The notes: generated by a model not told the origin, from the letters alone. Numbered from the stretch's first letter, positions 31,665 through 42,153 are shown. The stretch: DNA of 64,000 nucleotides from an uncultured Chloroflexia bacterium (GCA_963767945.1 CAVYGH010000005.1:67790-131789), one strand, 5' to 3'. Numbers and translations are program-made.

Positions 31665-32225
31665 ATGGAGGAGCGCATGCCGGCGTCGACCGCGGACCTC
31701 ACCTGTCTCCAGTGCGGCGCGGTCGCCAGCAAGGCAGGCGCCAAGCTCTGCCGGCGCTGTGGCCTGCCCTACGGCGAGGCCCCGCCCGCCCACGCGCGAC
31801 TCGTCGAGTGCCCGGTCTGCTATCGGGAGAGCGACGACGACGGGCGGTTCGCCTCGGGCCTCCGTCCCGGCGCCCGCCTCGACATCAACGCCCACGTCGA
31901 CGAGCACGAGCGGCAGCCGGTCGGCGACGACGCCTGGCTCGAGTCCCTGCGCGAGTACGACCGGATCCGGATCGGGCGCTGGTCGGCGCCCTACGACCTC
32001 GTCCGGCGCTACCTCGTGACGGGCGTGGTCGATGCGGGTCGCAACCGGCTCGCCCAGCACAACTCGATCGTCACCGCCATGACCCAGATCCAGCGCTGGG
32101 GCCGGGACCCCGACGTGTTCGGCGACCAGGAGGAGTGGCGGGCGGCCCGCGACGCCGTCGCGGAGCTGATGGATCGCTATCACGCCCCCCGAGCGGAGGC
32201 CGCGCCGCGGCGCCGGTTCTTCTAG
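31665..32225 (+). CDS. Hypothetical cytoplasmic protein with N-terminal zinc-ribbon motifs
   Basis: Intact ORF with good codon bias. CLQCG...CRRCG and CPVCY motifs. No family recognised. Confidence 0.6.
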   Translation: MEERMPASTADLTCLQCGAVASKAGAKLCRRCGLPYGEAPPAHARLVECPVCYRESDDDGRFASGLRPGARLDINAHVDEHERQPVGDDAWLESLREYDRIRIGRWSAPYDLVRRYLVTGVVDAGRNRLAQHNSIVTAMTQIQRWGRDPDVFGDQEEWRAARDAVAELMDRYHAPRAEAAPRRRFF

Positions 32226-32249
32226 CCGCGCCGCCGGTCCGTCCGGGAG

Positions 32250-33729
32250 CTAGGTCGACGCGGCGGGCCCGAGCCACGTGGTGAGCGCTTCCGAGAGCCC
32301 CGCGCCGGACCCGTCGCCCACCCAGGCGACGTAGCCGTCGGGCCGGATCAGCACGGCCGCGGGGGCAGGGATGGCCCCCAGCACGGGAAGCTCCCACGCA
32401 TCGTCGGTGGTCGCGTCGACCGCCTGCACCCGATCTGCCCACTGGCGCGATGTCGAGCTCGCCGGACCCGTCGAGGTCGAGCAGCACGGCACGGGCGGCG
32501 TGCAGCAACGTGGAGACCCGCATCGGGCCGTCAGCGGTGACCAGGTCGAGGTCGGGCATGCGGCGGCCGAGCAGGGGATGTCCCTCACCGAGGTCGTAGT
32601 GGATGTCCAGGCCGGAGGCGAGCCCGGCAAGGCGGTCGCGGGCTGCGGCGACGTCGAGCACGTCACCGAGGACCTCGATGAGGGCGCCGGTTCGGTCGTC
32701 GCCCCGCTGCAGGGCGGTGAGCGCCATGGTGTACCTGAGCACCCGGGCGGCGACCGGGTGACGCTCGGCGTGGTACGTGTCGAGCAGCTCGGCCGGCGCG
32801 TCCCCGGTGACGACCTGGGCGAGCTTCCAACCGAGGTTGACGGCGTCCTGCACGCCGAGGTTGAGGCCCTGCCCGCCGGCCGGGTAGTGGATGTGTGCGG
32901 CGTCACCGGCCAGCAGCACGCGCCCGGCCCGGTAGCTCGCCGCCTGGCGAGTCGCGTCGGTGAAGCGCGAGATCGTGTCGGCGGACACGAGCCCGAAGTC
33001 CGAACCCCAGACGGAGACGATCGCCTCGCGCACGTCCTCGAGCGTCGGGTCGCCCTCGCGGTCGAGGTGCTCGTCGCGCACGACGAGGCCCACGCGCCCG
33101 CCGTCGAGCGGGCGCATCGCGTTGACGCCAAGCGCGTCGTTGCGGAAGCCGAACGCCGGCTCACCCTGCATCTCGACCTCGGCGATGATCGAGCTCACCG
33201 ACGCGCCCCAGCCCGGGAAGTCGATGCCGGCGAGCTTCCGCACGAGGCTGCGACCGCCGTCACAGCCGACGACGTACCCCGCGCGCAGCGTGCCGCCGTC
33301 GGCAAGGTGCAGGTCGAGTCCATCGTCGTCCTGCGAGAGGCCCGTCATCTCCCGCCCGTACCGGGTGACCACGCCGAGCTCGTTCGCCCACTCCCCGAGG
33401 AGGCGCTCGGTGTGTCGCTGCCACAGCGCCAGGCCATAGGGGTGACGCGTCGGGAAGTCGCCGAGGTCGAGCGTGACGCCCGCGAAGGCGGCCACCTGCA
33501 TCGCCTGTCCCGCCTCGAGGAAGCGCTCGGCGACTCCGCGCTGATCGAGGACCTCGATCGTGCGTGCGTGCAGCCCGCCCGACCTCGCCCGGGAGCTCTC
33601 GATGTCCGCGCTCGGCCGCCGCTCCAGGACGACGGCCTCGACCCCGGCGAGGGCGAGCTCGGCCGCCAGCATCATCCCGGTCGGCCCGCCGCCGACGATC
33701 ACGACGGCATTCGCGGGCGTGGTCGTCAT
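32250..33729 (-). CDS. Group A FAD-dependent aromatic monooxygenase (rifampicin-monooxygenase/Rox-like by memory); frame broken near 32446
   Basis: VIVGGGPTGMMLAAEL, GCDGGRSLVRK and LAGDAAHIHYPAGGQGLNLGVQDA are in the ORF 32071..35172 frame. The C-terminus QWADRVQAVDATTDDAWELPV... is in ORF 32250..33164. ATGA overlap with the upstream gene. Confidence 0.8.
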
Positions 33730-35090
33730 CCCAGCAGGACGCCCGGGTTGAGGATCCCGTCCGGGTCGAGCGCCCGCTTGATGGCGCGCATGGCCGCCAG
33801 GTCGCCGGGTGCCCGGTCGCGGGTGAGCCAGGCGGTCTTGGCGACGCCGATGCCGTGCTCGGCGCTGACCGTGCCGCCGAGCTCGAGGGCGAGCGCGAGG
33901 ACCGCGTCGTCGACCGTGGAATCGTCGGGATCGGGGCCGAGCACGTTGACGTGGAGGTTGCCGTCGAGCAGGTGGCCGAACACGATCAGGCGGGCGCCGG
34001 GCGACGCCCGGGCGATCGTCGGCGCCAGCAGGCCGACGAACGCCGGCAATCGCTGCAGCGGGAGGGCCGCGTCGATCGAATGGGGGACGCCCTCGCGCTG
34101 GAGGGACTCCGGCAGGCCTTCGCGGATCTGCCACAGGCGCGCGCGCGCCGGTCCATCCGAGGCGACCACGGCGTCGTCGACGTCGGCCTCGCGATGCAGG
34201 GCGGAGACGAGCGCGGGCTCGGGGTCGACGGTGTCCGCGACCTCGACGAGCAGGTAGGCGGGATGCCGCGCGCCGATCGGGCGGACGGCGCCGTGCTGGA
34301 CCACGAGGTCGAGGGCGTCGCCCGCGATGAACTCGACGGCGTCGAGCGCGGGGAGCGAGCGGCGCAGCGAGCCCGCCAGCCGGACCGCGACGTCGACGCT
34401 CGAGATCCCGAGGACGGCCACCGTCCGCCGGTCGCGTCGCGGGAGCAGCCGGAGCCTGGCGGCCGTGACGATGCCGAGGGTGCCCTCGGAGCCGGCCAGC
34501 AGCTGGCCCAGGGCGTATCCGGTGTTGTCCTTGCGCGGCGCGTCGAGCCGCCGGACGAGCGTCCCGTCGCCCAGCACCGCCTCGACGCCGAGCACCTGGT
34601 CGCGGGTCATGCCGTTGCGGAACACGTGGATCCCGCCGGCGTTGGTGGCGATCGTCCCGCCAACCGTGGCCGAGTCGCGGGCCGCGAGGTCCACGCCGTA
34701 GGCCAGGCCGGCATCGGCGGCGGACTTGTGGACCGAGGCGATCGTCGCGCCCGCCGCGGCCACGAGCGCGCCGTCGGCGTCGACCGGCTCGATCGCCGTC
34801 ATGCGGGCCAGGCTGAGCAGCACCGCGCCGTCGCGCGGGACGCCGCCCCCGACGAGGCCCGTGTTCCCGCCCTGCGGCACGATCGGGAGCCGCGCCGACC
34901 GGCAGGCGCCGACGACCTCCACGACCTGCTCGGGGCTCGCCGGGCGCACCACCGCCAGCGCCTCGCCGCGGTAGCGACCCGTCCAGTCGCCCTCGTACCC
35001 CGCCCGTAGCTCCGGGTCGGTCAGGACATGGTCGGGCCCCACGATGCGCCCGAGCTCCGCGATCAGCGCCGTGTGCTGCACGCCGTTCAT
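33726..35090 (-). CDS. FAD-linked oxidase (GlcD / D-lactate dehydrogenase family)
   Basis: Intact ORF. Motifs: PQGGNTGLVGG, GTIATNAGG and SAEHGIGVAK. Confidence 0.85.
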   Translation of the reverse strand: MNGVQHTALIAELGRIVGPDHVLTDPELRAGYEGDWTGRYRGEALAVVRPASPEQVVEVVGACRSARLPIVPQGGNTGLVGGGVPRDGAVLLSLARMTAIEPVDADGALVAAAGATIASVHKSAADAGLAYGVDLAARDSATVGGTIATNAGGIHVFRNGMTRDQVLGVEAVLGDGTLVRRLDAPRKDNTGYALGQLLAGSEGTLGIVTAARLRLLPRRDRRTVAVLGISSVDVAVRLAGSLRRSLPALDAVEFIAGDALDLVVQHGAVRPIGARHPAYLLVEVADTVDPEPALVSALHREADVDDAVVASDGPARARLWQIREGLPESLQREGVPHSIDAALPLQRLPAFVGLLAPTIARASPGARLIVFGHLLDGNLHVNVLGPDPDDSTVDDAVLALALELGGTVSAEHGIGVAKTAWLTRDRAPGDLAAMRAIKRALDPDGILNPGVLLG

Positions 35091-35665
35091 CGTCGCCGGT
35101 GTGCGTCCGGCGCGCTGATCGCCCTCGCGATCCGCTCGGCCCCATAGGTGAACGCGGCGTCGACGTCGCCACCCATCCGGAAGGCCCCGGCGAGCTCCAT
35201 GCCCACGAACCCGTTCGCCCAGGCGACGACCGTCCGGGCGGCCTCGAGCCCGTCCTCGGGACCCGCCATCTGCGCGACCGTCCGGAACAGGGACGCGAAG
35301 CCCGGCGACGAGAGGTCGACCTCGGTGCGCCAGTCGTCGGGCAGCCGCCGGAACAGCAGCGCGTAGGCTTCGGGCCGGCGGTGCGCGAACGCGCGGAACG
35401 CGGTGGCGATCGCGACCAGGTCGCGCGGCGGATCGCCGGTCGTCGCCGCGGCCTCCAGGGACGCCGACAGGTCCAGCGCGGCGTCGGTCGTGATCAGGCG
35501 CACGAGCTCCCGGCGGCCGTCGACGCGCTTGTACAGCGACGGCGCGCGCACGCCCACCGCCGCCGCGACGCGCTGCATCGTCAGGCCCTCGAAGCCCTCG
35601 GCCTCGAGGATCTCGCGGCCCGCGGCCACGATCGCGGGGATCGACGTTCGGGCAGGGGTGGGCAT
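35087..35665 (-). CDS. TetR-family transcriptional regulator
   Basis: ORF 35087..35719 read from MPTPARTS (35665). HTH: LTMQRVAAAVGVRAPSLYKRV. 4-nt overlap with the downstream oxidase gene. Confidence 0.85.
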   Translation of the reverse strand: MPTPARTSIPAIVAAGREILEAEGFEGLTMQRVAAAVGVRAPSLYKRVDGRRELVRLITTDAALDLSASLEAAATTGDPPRDLVAIATAFRAFAHRRPEAYALLFRRLPDDWRTEVDLSSPGFASLFRTVAQMAGPEDGLEAARTVVAWANGFVGMELAGAFRMGGDVDAAFTYGAERIARAISAPDAHRRR

Positions 35666-35698
35666 CTCGCTCGGTCCGTCCTCGACTGTCTGGTGATG

Positions 35699-35719
35699 AT
35701 GGCTATTGACAATAGCCAT
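35699..35719. promoter_or_regulatory. Perfect 21-bp palindrome ATGGCTATTG-A-CAATAGCCAT, candidate TetR operator
   Basis: It lies 34 nt upstream of the TetR ATG and 49 nt upstream of the divergent gene, in an AT-rich patch. A further half-site, CTATAGCCAT, is at 35732..35741. Confidence 0.65.
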
Positions 35720-35767
35720 GAAGGCTAACTACTATAGCCATGCAAGTCTACCCATGAGGAGTCCGAC

Positions 35768-36139
35768 ATGGCAATCGCCAATCTCACGCTCCGTTTCGTC
35801 CTCGAGCTCGCCGGCATCGCGGCGTTCGGGATCTGGGGGTTGAACCTCACCAGCGATCCGCGCGTGAACCTCGTCGTCGCCGTGATCGCGGTGGCGGCGG
35901 TCATCGTCGCGTGGGCCGTCGTGGTCGCTCCCAAGGCCCGCAACGGGCTCAGCCAGTCGCAGAAGGACGTGATCGGGACCGCGATCCTGCTCGTCGCGGC
36001 GGTCGCGCTCGTCGGCGCCGGGCAGCCCGTCGCCGGCCTCGCGTTCGGGGCGCTCGTGCTCGCGAACGCGGCCATGCTCGCCGCGCTCGGACCCGGCGCC
36101 CGGGAGGCCTTCGGACCATCGGCCAGCCGGCTCGACTAG
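35768..36139 (+). CDS. Small 4-TM membrane protein (YrdB/DUF2568-like)
   Basis: Intact ORF. Motifs: LRFVLELAGIAAFGIWG and AVVVAPKA. GAGGAG precedes the ATG. Confidence 0.65.
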   Translation: MAIANLTLRFVLELAGIAAFGIWGLNLTSDPRVNLVVAVIAVAAVIVAWAVVVAPKARNGLSQSQKDVIGTAILLVAAVALVGAGQPVAGLAFGALVLANAAMLAALGPGAREAFGPSASRLD

Positions 36140-36166
36140 CCTGAGCCGACACACCAGGAGCTCGAC

Positions 36167-36916
36167 ATGCAACTCGCACCCGGCCTGCACCGGCTCGGCG
36201 ACGGCCTCGTCAACAGCTACCTCGTCGCGGACGGCGGCGCGATCACGATCGTCGACGCCGGGATGTCCGGCCAGTACGCCGACCTCGAGCGCGAGCTCGC
36301 GGCGATGGGCCGGACCAAGGCCGACATCCGGGCGATCGTGCTGACCCACGGCGACACCGACCACGTGGGCTACGCCGACCGCCTCCACCGGGAGCTCGGC
36401 ATCCCGGTCTACGTCCAGGCCGCCGATGCGGCCCGGGCGCGGGGCGAGGTCAAGAAGCCGTCGAGCGGCTGGGGCCCGATGAAGGCGGGACCGATGGTCG
36501 GCTTCATGTGGTACGGCCTGCGCAAGGGCGGCCTGCGGACGAAGCCGGTGTCGGAGCTCGCGACGATCGACGGCGACGCCACGCTGGACCTGCCCGGCTC
36601 GCCGCACGTGATCCCGCTCCCCGGGCACACGCCGGGCAGCGTCGCGATCCACGTGCCGGCGGTCGACGCGCTGTTCCTGGGCGACGGGATGACGACGCGC
36701 AGCGTGCTGACGGGCGAGACCGGCCCGCGCCTGGCGCCGTTCACGCTCGACCCGGCGGCGGCGCTTGCGTCGCTCGGGGCGCTCGACGGCATCGAGGCCC
36801 GATGGGTCCTGCCCGGCCACGGCGACGCCTGGACGGGCGGGGTGGGGGAGGCGCTGCGCCAGATCCGCGAGGCCGCCGCGAAGGCGCCATTGCCGCCGGC
36901 CCGGACGGAGGGCTGA
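36167..36916 (+). CDS. Metallo-beta-lactamase-fold hydrolase
   Basis: Intact ORF. Motifs: VLTHGDTDHVGYA, PLPGHTPGS and LPGHGD. Confidence 0.8.
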   Translation: MQLAPGLHRLGDGLVNSYLVADGGAITIVDAGMSGQYADLERELAAMGRTKADIRAIVLTHGDTDHVGYADRLHRELGIPVYVQAADAARARGEVKKPSSGWGPMKAGPMVGFMWYGLRKGGLRTKPVSELATIDGDATLDLPGSPHVIPLPGHTPGSVAIHVPAVDALFLGDGMTTRSVLTGETGPRLAPFTLDPAAALASLGALDGIEARWVLPGHGDAWTGGVGEALRQIREAAAKAPLPPARTEG

Positions 36917-36949
36917 GGCGGGTCCGCCGTCCGGCGGGGCCGCGCCGGC

Positions 36950-38027
36950 CTAGGGCAGCGGACGCCAGGCCCGGCCCAGCAGCAGGGCGAACGCGGCGAG
37001 CAGCCCGCCGAGGCCCACGAAGCCGGCGCTGACCTCGACCGGCTCGGCCTTCGTGATCGTCGTCGTCGGCAGGCCGCGGAAGACCTCCTCGAGCTCGCTC
37101 GCGCTCTCGGCCGGGTAGTACTCGCCGCCCGTGAGGTCGGCGACGGAGCGGAGCGTGTCCTCGTCGATGCCGCGGCGGAAGCCGCCGCCGAATCCCCCGC
37201 CGAACCCGCCGCCCAGCCCGAACCCGCCGGCGCCCGCCGGCTCGCGGCCGATGAACTGCTGCCGGCACTCCGGGTTGAGCTCGCCGCCCTGCGCGGACCC
37301 GAAGCCGATCGTGTAGACGCGGACGCCACGATCGACCGCCTGCTGCGCGGCCTCCAGCGGTGGCGTCCCAGCGTTGTTGGCGCCGTCGGTCAGCAGGACC
37401 ACGATGTCGGGCACGTAGGCCCCCTCGAGGACCGGCTCCGGCGCCTCGCCCGGCCGCCCCGGGAGGACCGCCTTGGGCACCTTCGGGTCGACCTCCGCGA
37501 TCGCGTCGATCGAGGCGAGGATCCCGCTGCCGATCGCGGTCCGGCGGCCGGTCGTGAGGCTGCGGATCGCGTCGACGAGCGCCTCCTGGTCGCTGGTCGG
37601 TGGCTGGACGACCGCCGCGAGGCCGCTGAACGCCACCAGGCCGATCTCGGACCCCGACCGCTGGCTGGTGACGAAGGCCACGGCGGCGTCCTCGGCCGCC
37701 TCGAGGCGGGTCGGGTCGATGTCGGTCGAGCACATGCTCCCGGACACGTCCATCGCGAGGATGATCGTCGCCTGGTTGGCGGGGACGCTGAGCACGACCA
37801 CGGGTCGCCCGAGGGCGACGACGAGCGCGGCGACGCCGGCCGCGAACAGGGCGAACGGCAGGTGGCGCCGGAGCCGCGGACGCGCCCGGCATCGCCGCGC
37901 GGATGAGCGACAGGCTCGAGTAGCGCGCGGCCGCCGGGCGCCGCCGCCGCTGGCTCCACAGGTAGACGCCGATCAGCAGCGGGACCACGAGCACGAGGGC
38001 CAGCAGCCCGATCCACACGAACGTCAT
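36950..38027 (-). CDS. vWA-domain membrane protein (BatB-like); frame broken near 37878
   Basis: N-terminal TM MTFVWIGLLALVLVVPLLIGV. MIDAS ILAMDVSGSM. LLTDGANN. Gly-Phe-rich insert GGFGLGGGFGGGFGGGF. C-terminal TM. ATGA overlap with the upstream gene. Confidence 0.8.
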
Positions 38028-39056
38028 GGCAGCCGCCCCGCCCACGCGAGCGACAGGATGCCGCCGACCACGAGCAGCGCCAGGCCGAGCGCCGCGAACA
38101 GCGCCGTGACCTCGAGCGGTTCGCTGCGCACGACGAGCCGCGGCTGCAGGTCCTGGTAGATCGCGTCGACGCTGTCCGGGTCGTCGGCGCGGTGGTAGGA
38201 GCCGCCGGTCATGTCCGCGATCTGGGTGAGGCTCGGCTCGTCGAGCTGGGTGTGGACGCGGAAGCCGTCCAGGTCGAGGTCGGCGCCGGCGGCCGAGCCC
38301 ACCCCGATGGTCACGATCCGGATCCCGCGGTCGGCCGCCTCCTGGGCGGACTGGATCGGGTCGGGCCGCTCGTTGTTCTCGCCGTCGCTGAGCAGCACGA
38401 TGACCGTCGCGGCATCGCTCGCGGGATCGACCGGGGCGAGCGTCTCGGCGGGCGCCTGCGAGCGGTTGCTGTAGACGTCGGCGGGCGTGTCGGCCTGCGC
38501 CTTGGCGATGGCGTCGAGCGCGGAGATCAGGCCCTGCCCGACGGAGGTGCCGCGGGCGGGCACCAGGCGGTCGATGGCCGCGAGGATGTCGGCCTGGTCG
38601 CTGGTCGGGGCGTGGACGGCGATGCCGGCGTCGCTGAACGCCACCAGCCCGACCACGACGCCGGGCGGCTGCTGCTTGACGATCGTGGACGCGATCGTCC
38701 GCGCGGTGTCGAGGCGGGTCGGCGGGAGGTCGGTGGCCGCCATGCTGCCCGAGACGTCGAACGTGAGCATCACCGTGCCCTCGGGCCGCGGCAGCGCGAC
38801 GTTGGCCTGTGGGCGTGCGATCGCGATCGTGAGCACGACGAACCCGGCGACGAGCAGGACACCGGGCAGGACCGCCCGGACGCGTCCGCGCGGACGCCGA
38901 CCGGCCGTTCGCCGCCGCGCCGCCGGTGCCCATCGAGCCCGCCCCAAGCAGGGCCGCCGCGCGCTGCCGGCGGCGCGCCTCGATCGAGCGCGCCACGAGC
39001 ACGCCGACCGGCACCAGCACGAGCAGCAGGAGCAGCTCGGGCAACGCGAAGGTCAT
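38024..39056 (-). CDS. vWA-domain membrane protein (BatA-like); frame broken near 38915
   Basis: MTFALPELLLLLVLVPVGVLV starts at 39056. LTFDVSGSM and LLSDGENN are in ORF 38024..38947. C-terminal TM. Confidence 0.8.
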
Positions 39057-40049
39057 CCGCGGCCCCGCCGTCGGCGCTTGCGCCGGGCCGCCATCCGGAC
39101 GATCGCCGCGGACGAGGTCCTCGTCGGTCGACAGGGTCACGGCGTCGACCCCCGCCCGCCCGAAGGCGCGCTCGAGCTCGGCCTCGCGCGCGGCCGCGGC
39201 GTCGGCGAACCGGGCACGGAACTTGGCGTCGTGGGTGTCGACGATCAGCTGCTCGCCGGTCTCGGCGTCCTGGATCACGATCGGGCCGACGTCCGGCAGC
39301 GCCGACTCGCGCGGATCGACCAGCCGCACGGCCAGCACCTCGTGCCGCCGGTTGAGGAGATGCAGCGGCTTCTCCCAGCCGGGCGCGCTGATGAAGTCGG
39401 ACACGATCACGACCATCGACCGCCGCCGGATCTGGCGATGCGCGGCCTCGAACAGGGCGGCGAGGTCGGTGATGGGAGCCCGGTCGAGATGCGGCTCGGC
39501 CATCAGGTCGCGGACGAGGCGCAGCACCTGCACCCGGCCGCCCGACGCGGGGATCGTCCGGTCCACCGCGCTCGCGAAGCACATCGCGCCGACGCGGTTG
39601 CCGCGCCGGGTGAGGAGCCGCGCCAGCACCGCGGTGAAGTCGATCAGCTGCGTTCGCTTGACCCGCCCGTCCGCCGCCGTCCCGAAGTCGACCGACGGGC
39701 TGAGGTCGAGCAGGAACCAGGCCGTGATCTCGCGGTCCTCGTGGTACTCGCGGACGTGCGGCACGGTGGTGCGGGCCGTGACGTTCCAGTCGATGCGCCG
39801 GACGTCGTCGCCGGGCTCGTACTCGCGCAGCGACGCGAGGTCCAGCCCGGAGCCCCGGAACAGGCTGCGGTAGTCGCCCTGGAGCACCCCGTCGAGGCGG
39901 CGGACGACCTGCCAGTCCAGGCGCTGGAGGACGCGCTCCGACGCGCTGACCGGCCGGGGACCCGGCGCGACGCCGGCCGAGGCGGCAGGCCCTGCGCGCG
40001 CGCCGGCGTCCGGCGCCACGCGCTCAGGCGCCGGCGCGGACAGGAGCAC
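39053..40049 (-). CDS. DUF58-family protein (MoxR-associated); frame broken near 39108; start at 40049 or GTG 40019
   Basis: Motifs: REYEPGDDVRRIDWNVTART and VVIVSDF. The natural end DLVR-AIVRMAARRKRRRRGRG-TGA is in another frame. ATGA overlap with the next gene. Confidence 0.8.
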
Positions 40050-41043
40050 GGTCCTGGAGCGGGACGACCGGCATCTGGACGCGGCCGAGGATCGTGGACA
40101 GGATGGCGTCGGGGGAGACGTCGTCCGACAGCGCCTCGAACGACAGCACGAGGCGGTGGCGCATGACGTCGGGCGCCATGTCGAGGACGTCCTGCGGGAG
40201 CACGTACTCGCGGCCGCGCACGTACGCGAGGGCGCGGGCCGTCAGGATCAGGTTGATCGACGCGCGCGGGCTGGCGCCGTAGGTGATGTACCGCTCGAGG
40301 TCGGGGATCCCGTAGGCGCGCGGGTTCCGCGTCGCGCTCGAGAGCCGGACGGCGTACTCGAACAGCGCCGGGTCGACGTACACGCGATCGACGACCTGCT
40401 GGAGCGCGAGCAGCTCGCCCGGCGAGAGGACCTGCTGGATCCCCTCGAGCCGCCCGGTCATCCGCTCGACGATCGCGAACTCCTCGACCGGGGTGGGGTA
40501 GTCCACGACGACCTTGAGCATGAACCGGTCGACCTGGGCCTCGGGGAGGGCGTACGTGCCCTCGGTCTCGATCGGGTTCTGGGTGGCCAGGACGAGGAAC
40601 GGTTCGGGGACCGCGTGGGTGTCGTGGCCGATCGTGACCTGCCGCTCCTGCATGACCTCGAGCAGCGCGGACTGGACCTTGGCCGGCGCGCGGTTGATCT
40701 CGTCGGCGAGGAGGAGGTTGGTGAACACGGGCCCGAGCGAGGTCGTGAACTCGCCGGTCTTCTGGTTGAAGATCCGGGTGCCCACGAGGTCGGCGGGGAC
40801 GAGGTCGGGCGTGAACTGGATGCGCTTGAAGTCGCCGCCCGTCGCCTGGGCCAGCGTCTTGACGGCCATGGTCTTGGCGAGGCCCGGCACGCCCTCGACG
40901 AGCAGGTGGCCCCGGGCGAGGAGCGCGACGACCATCCGCTCGAGCAGGTGGTCCTGGCCCACGATGACCTTCTTGACCTCGTAGAGGAGCTTCTCCATCG
41001 GGGCCGAGGGTCGGCCGTTGGGGTCGCGTTCCACGGAACTCAC
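40024..41043 (-). CDS. MoxR-family AAA+ ATPase
   Basis: Intact ORF with GTG start. Walker A GVPGLAKT. Walker B LLADEINRAPAKVQSALLE. Confidence 0.9.
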   Translation of the reverse strand: MSSVERDPNGRPSAPMEKLLYEVKKVIVGQDHLLERMVVALLARGHLLVEGVPGLAKTMAVKTLAQATGGDFKRIQFTPDLVPADLVGTRIFNQKTGEFTTSLGPVFTNLLLADEINRAPAKVQSALLEVMQERQVTIGHDTHAVPEPFLVLATQNPIETEGTYALPEAQVDRFMLKVVVDYPTPVEEFAIVERMTGRLEGIQQVLSPGELLALQQVVDRVYVDPALFEYAVRLSSATRNPRAYGIPDLERYITYGASPRASINLILTARALAYVRGREYVLPQDVLDMAPDVMRHRLVLSFEALSDDVSPDAILSTILGRVQMPVVPLQDRAPVRAGA

Positions 41044-41053
41044 CTCCTGTGCG

Positions 41054-41923
41054 TCAGTACTGCGGGGCGCCGGCGGCCCCGCCGGCGACGTCGATGGGCA
41101 CGGCCAGCCCGATGCCGATGAACACGTCGTCGTCGGTCGGGTTGATGAGCGAGGTCACGATGCCGGTCACGTTGCCGTTGCGGTCGACCAGCGGGCCGCC
41201 CGAGTTGCCGGGGTTGACGGCGGCGTCGACCTGGATGAGCCCGGTGTGCACGCGGTTCGTCTCGGGCGCGCGGAACGTGCGGTCGAGCCCGGACACGACG
41301 CCGGTGCTCAGCGAGCCGTAGAGCCCGAACGGGTTGCCGACGATGTAGGCCTCGCTGCCGATGTGCATGGCGGCCGGGTTGCCGAGCGTGGCCGGCACGA
41401 TCTGCGCCGGCAGCGTGTCGGGCTCGAGAACGGCGATGTCGTTGTCCTCGTCCTGGCTGGAGATCGTCGCCGTCGACGTGGACCCGTCGGCGAACGTGAC
41501 CTTGATGTGGGTCGCGTCCTCGACGACGTGCAGGGCGGTGAGGATCTGGCCGCCGAGGTTGATGACGACGCCGCTGCCCAGGCTCTCGACGGGCGCGCTG
41601 GCCCCGGGCTCGGGCGAGGCGTCGGACTTGGTGTCGGTCTCGATCAGCACCAGCGACGGGTGGATCGTGTTGAAGACGAGCTCCGAGCGCGGCGGGCCGG
41701 GCGTCTGGGACGCGAGGACGTTGTCGACGGTGTCGACGACCTGGCGCTGGGTGATGCCGGGCCTGGGCGGGAACAGCGCGGCGTAGAGCGCGATGCCCAG
41801 GAACGCGGCGAGCACGCCGGCGAGGAACGGCGTGGCGCGACGGAGCCGGTCGATCGCCCGCCGTCGCCGGCCCGCGGTCGGGGTCGGTTCGGCGGTGGGC
41901 GGCGGATCCAGCCGGTCGGTCAT
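41054..41923 (-). CDS. Membrane-anchored trypsin-like (S1C, HtrA-like, no PDZ) serine protease
   Basis: ORF 41054..42172 read from MTDRLDPP (41923). One TM. Catalytic triad contexts: TALHVVED, DNDIAVLE and GNSGGPL. It ends 10 nt before the moxR start. Confidence 0.8.
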   Translation of the reverse strand: MTDRLDPPPTAEPTPTAGRRRRAIDRLRRATPFLAGVLAAFLGIALYAALFPPRPGITQRQVVDTVDNVLASQTPGPPRSELVFNTIHPSLVLIETDTKSDASPEPGASAPVESLGSGVVINLGGQILTALHVVEDATHIKVTFADGSTSTATISSQDEDNDIAVLEPDTLPAQIVPATLGNPAAMHIGSEAYIVGNPFGLYGSLSTGVVSGLDRTFRAPETNRVHTGLIQVDAAVNPGNSGGPLVDRNGNVTGIVTSLINPTDDDVFIGIGLAVPIDVAGGAAGAPQY

Positions 41924-42153
41924 CGGCAGCACGGACTCCGTGGATTCGATCCGGTGCGGGACGGATCCCGCGCGCGGTCCCGCCCGATGGTGGACCGCGA
42001 ACCTGAAAACCGGCTGTGAACGCGCCTCCGGGCGCGGCCCCGTCGCCGTCCAGTCTAGACCCGGGTTCGTCAACGGCCCGTCGGGCGGTTTCGCGGCGGG
42101 CCTCGCGCACCGGGGGCAGACTGGCGTCGACCGCGACCCTGGGGGACCCGCCG

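Noticed and set aside
36741-40049. 1102-aa ORF on the minus strand
   Set aside because: Only the first ~330 codons (DUF58) are real. The rest runs out of frame through the two vWA genes and the antisense of the MBL gene.
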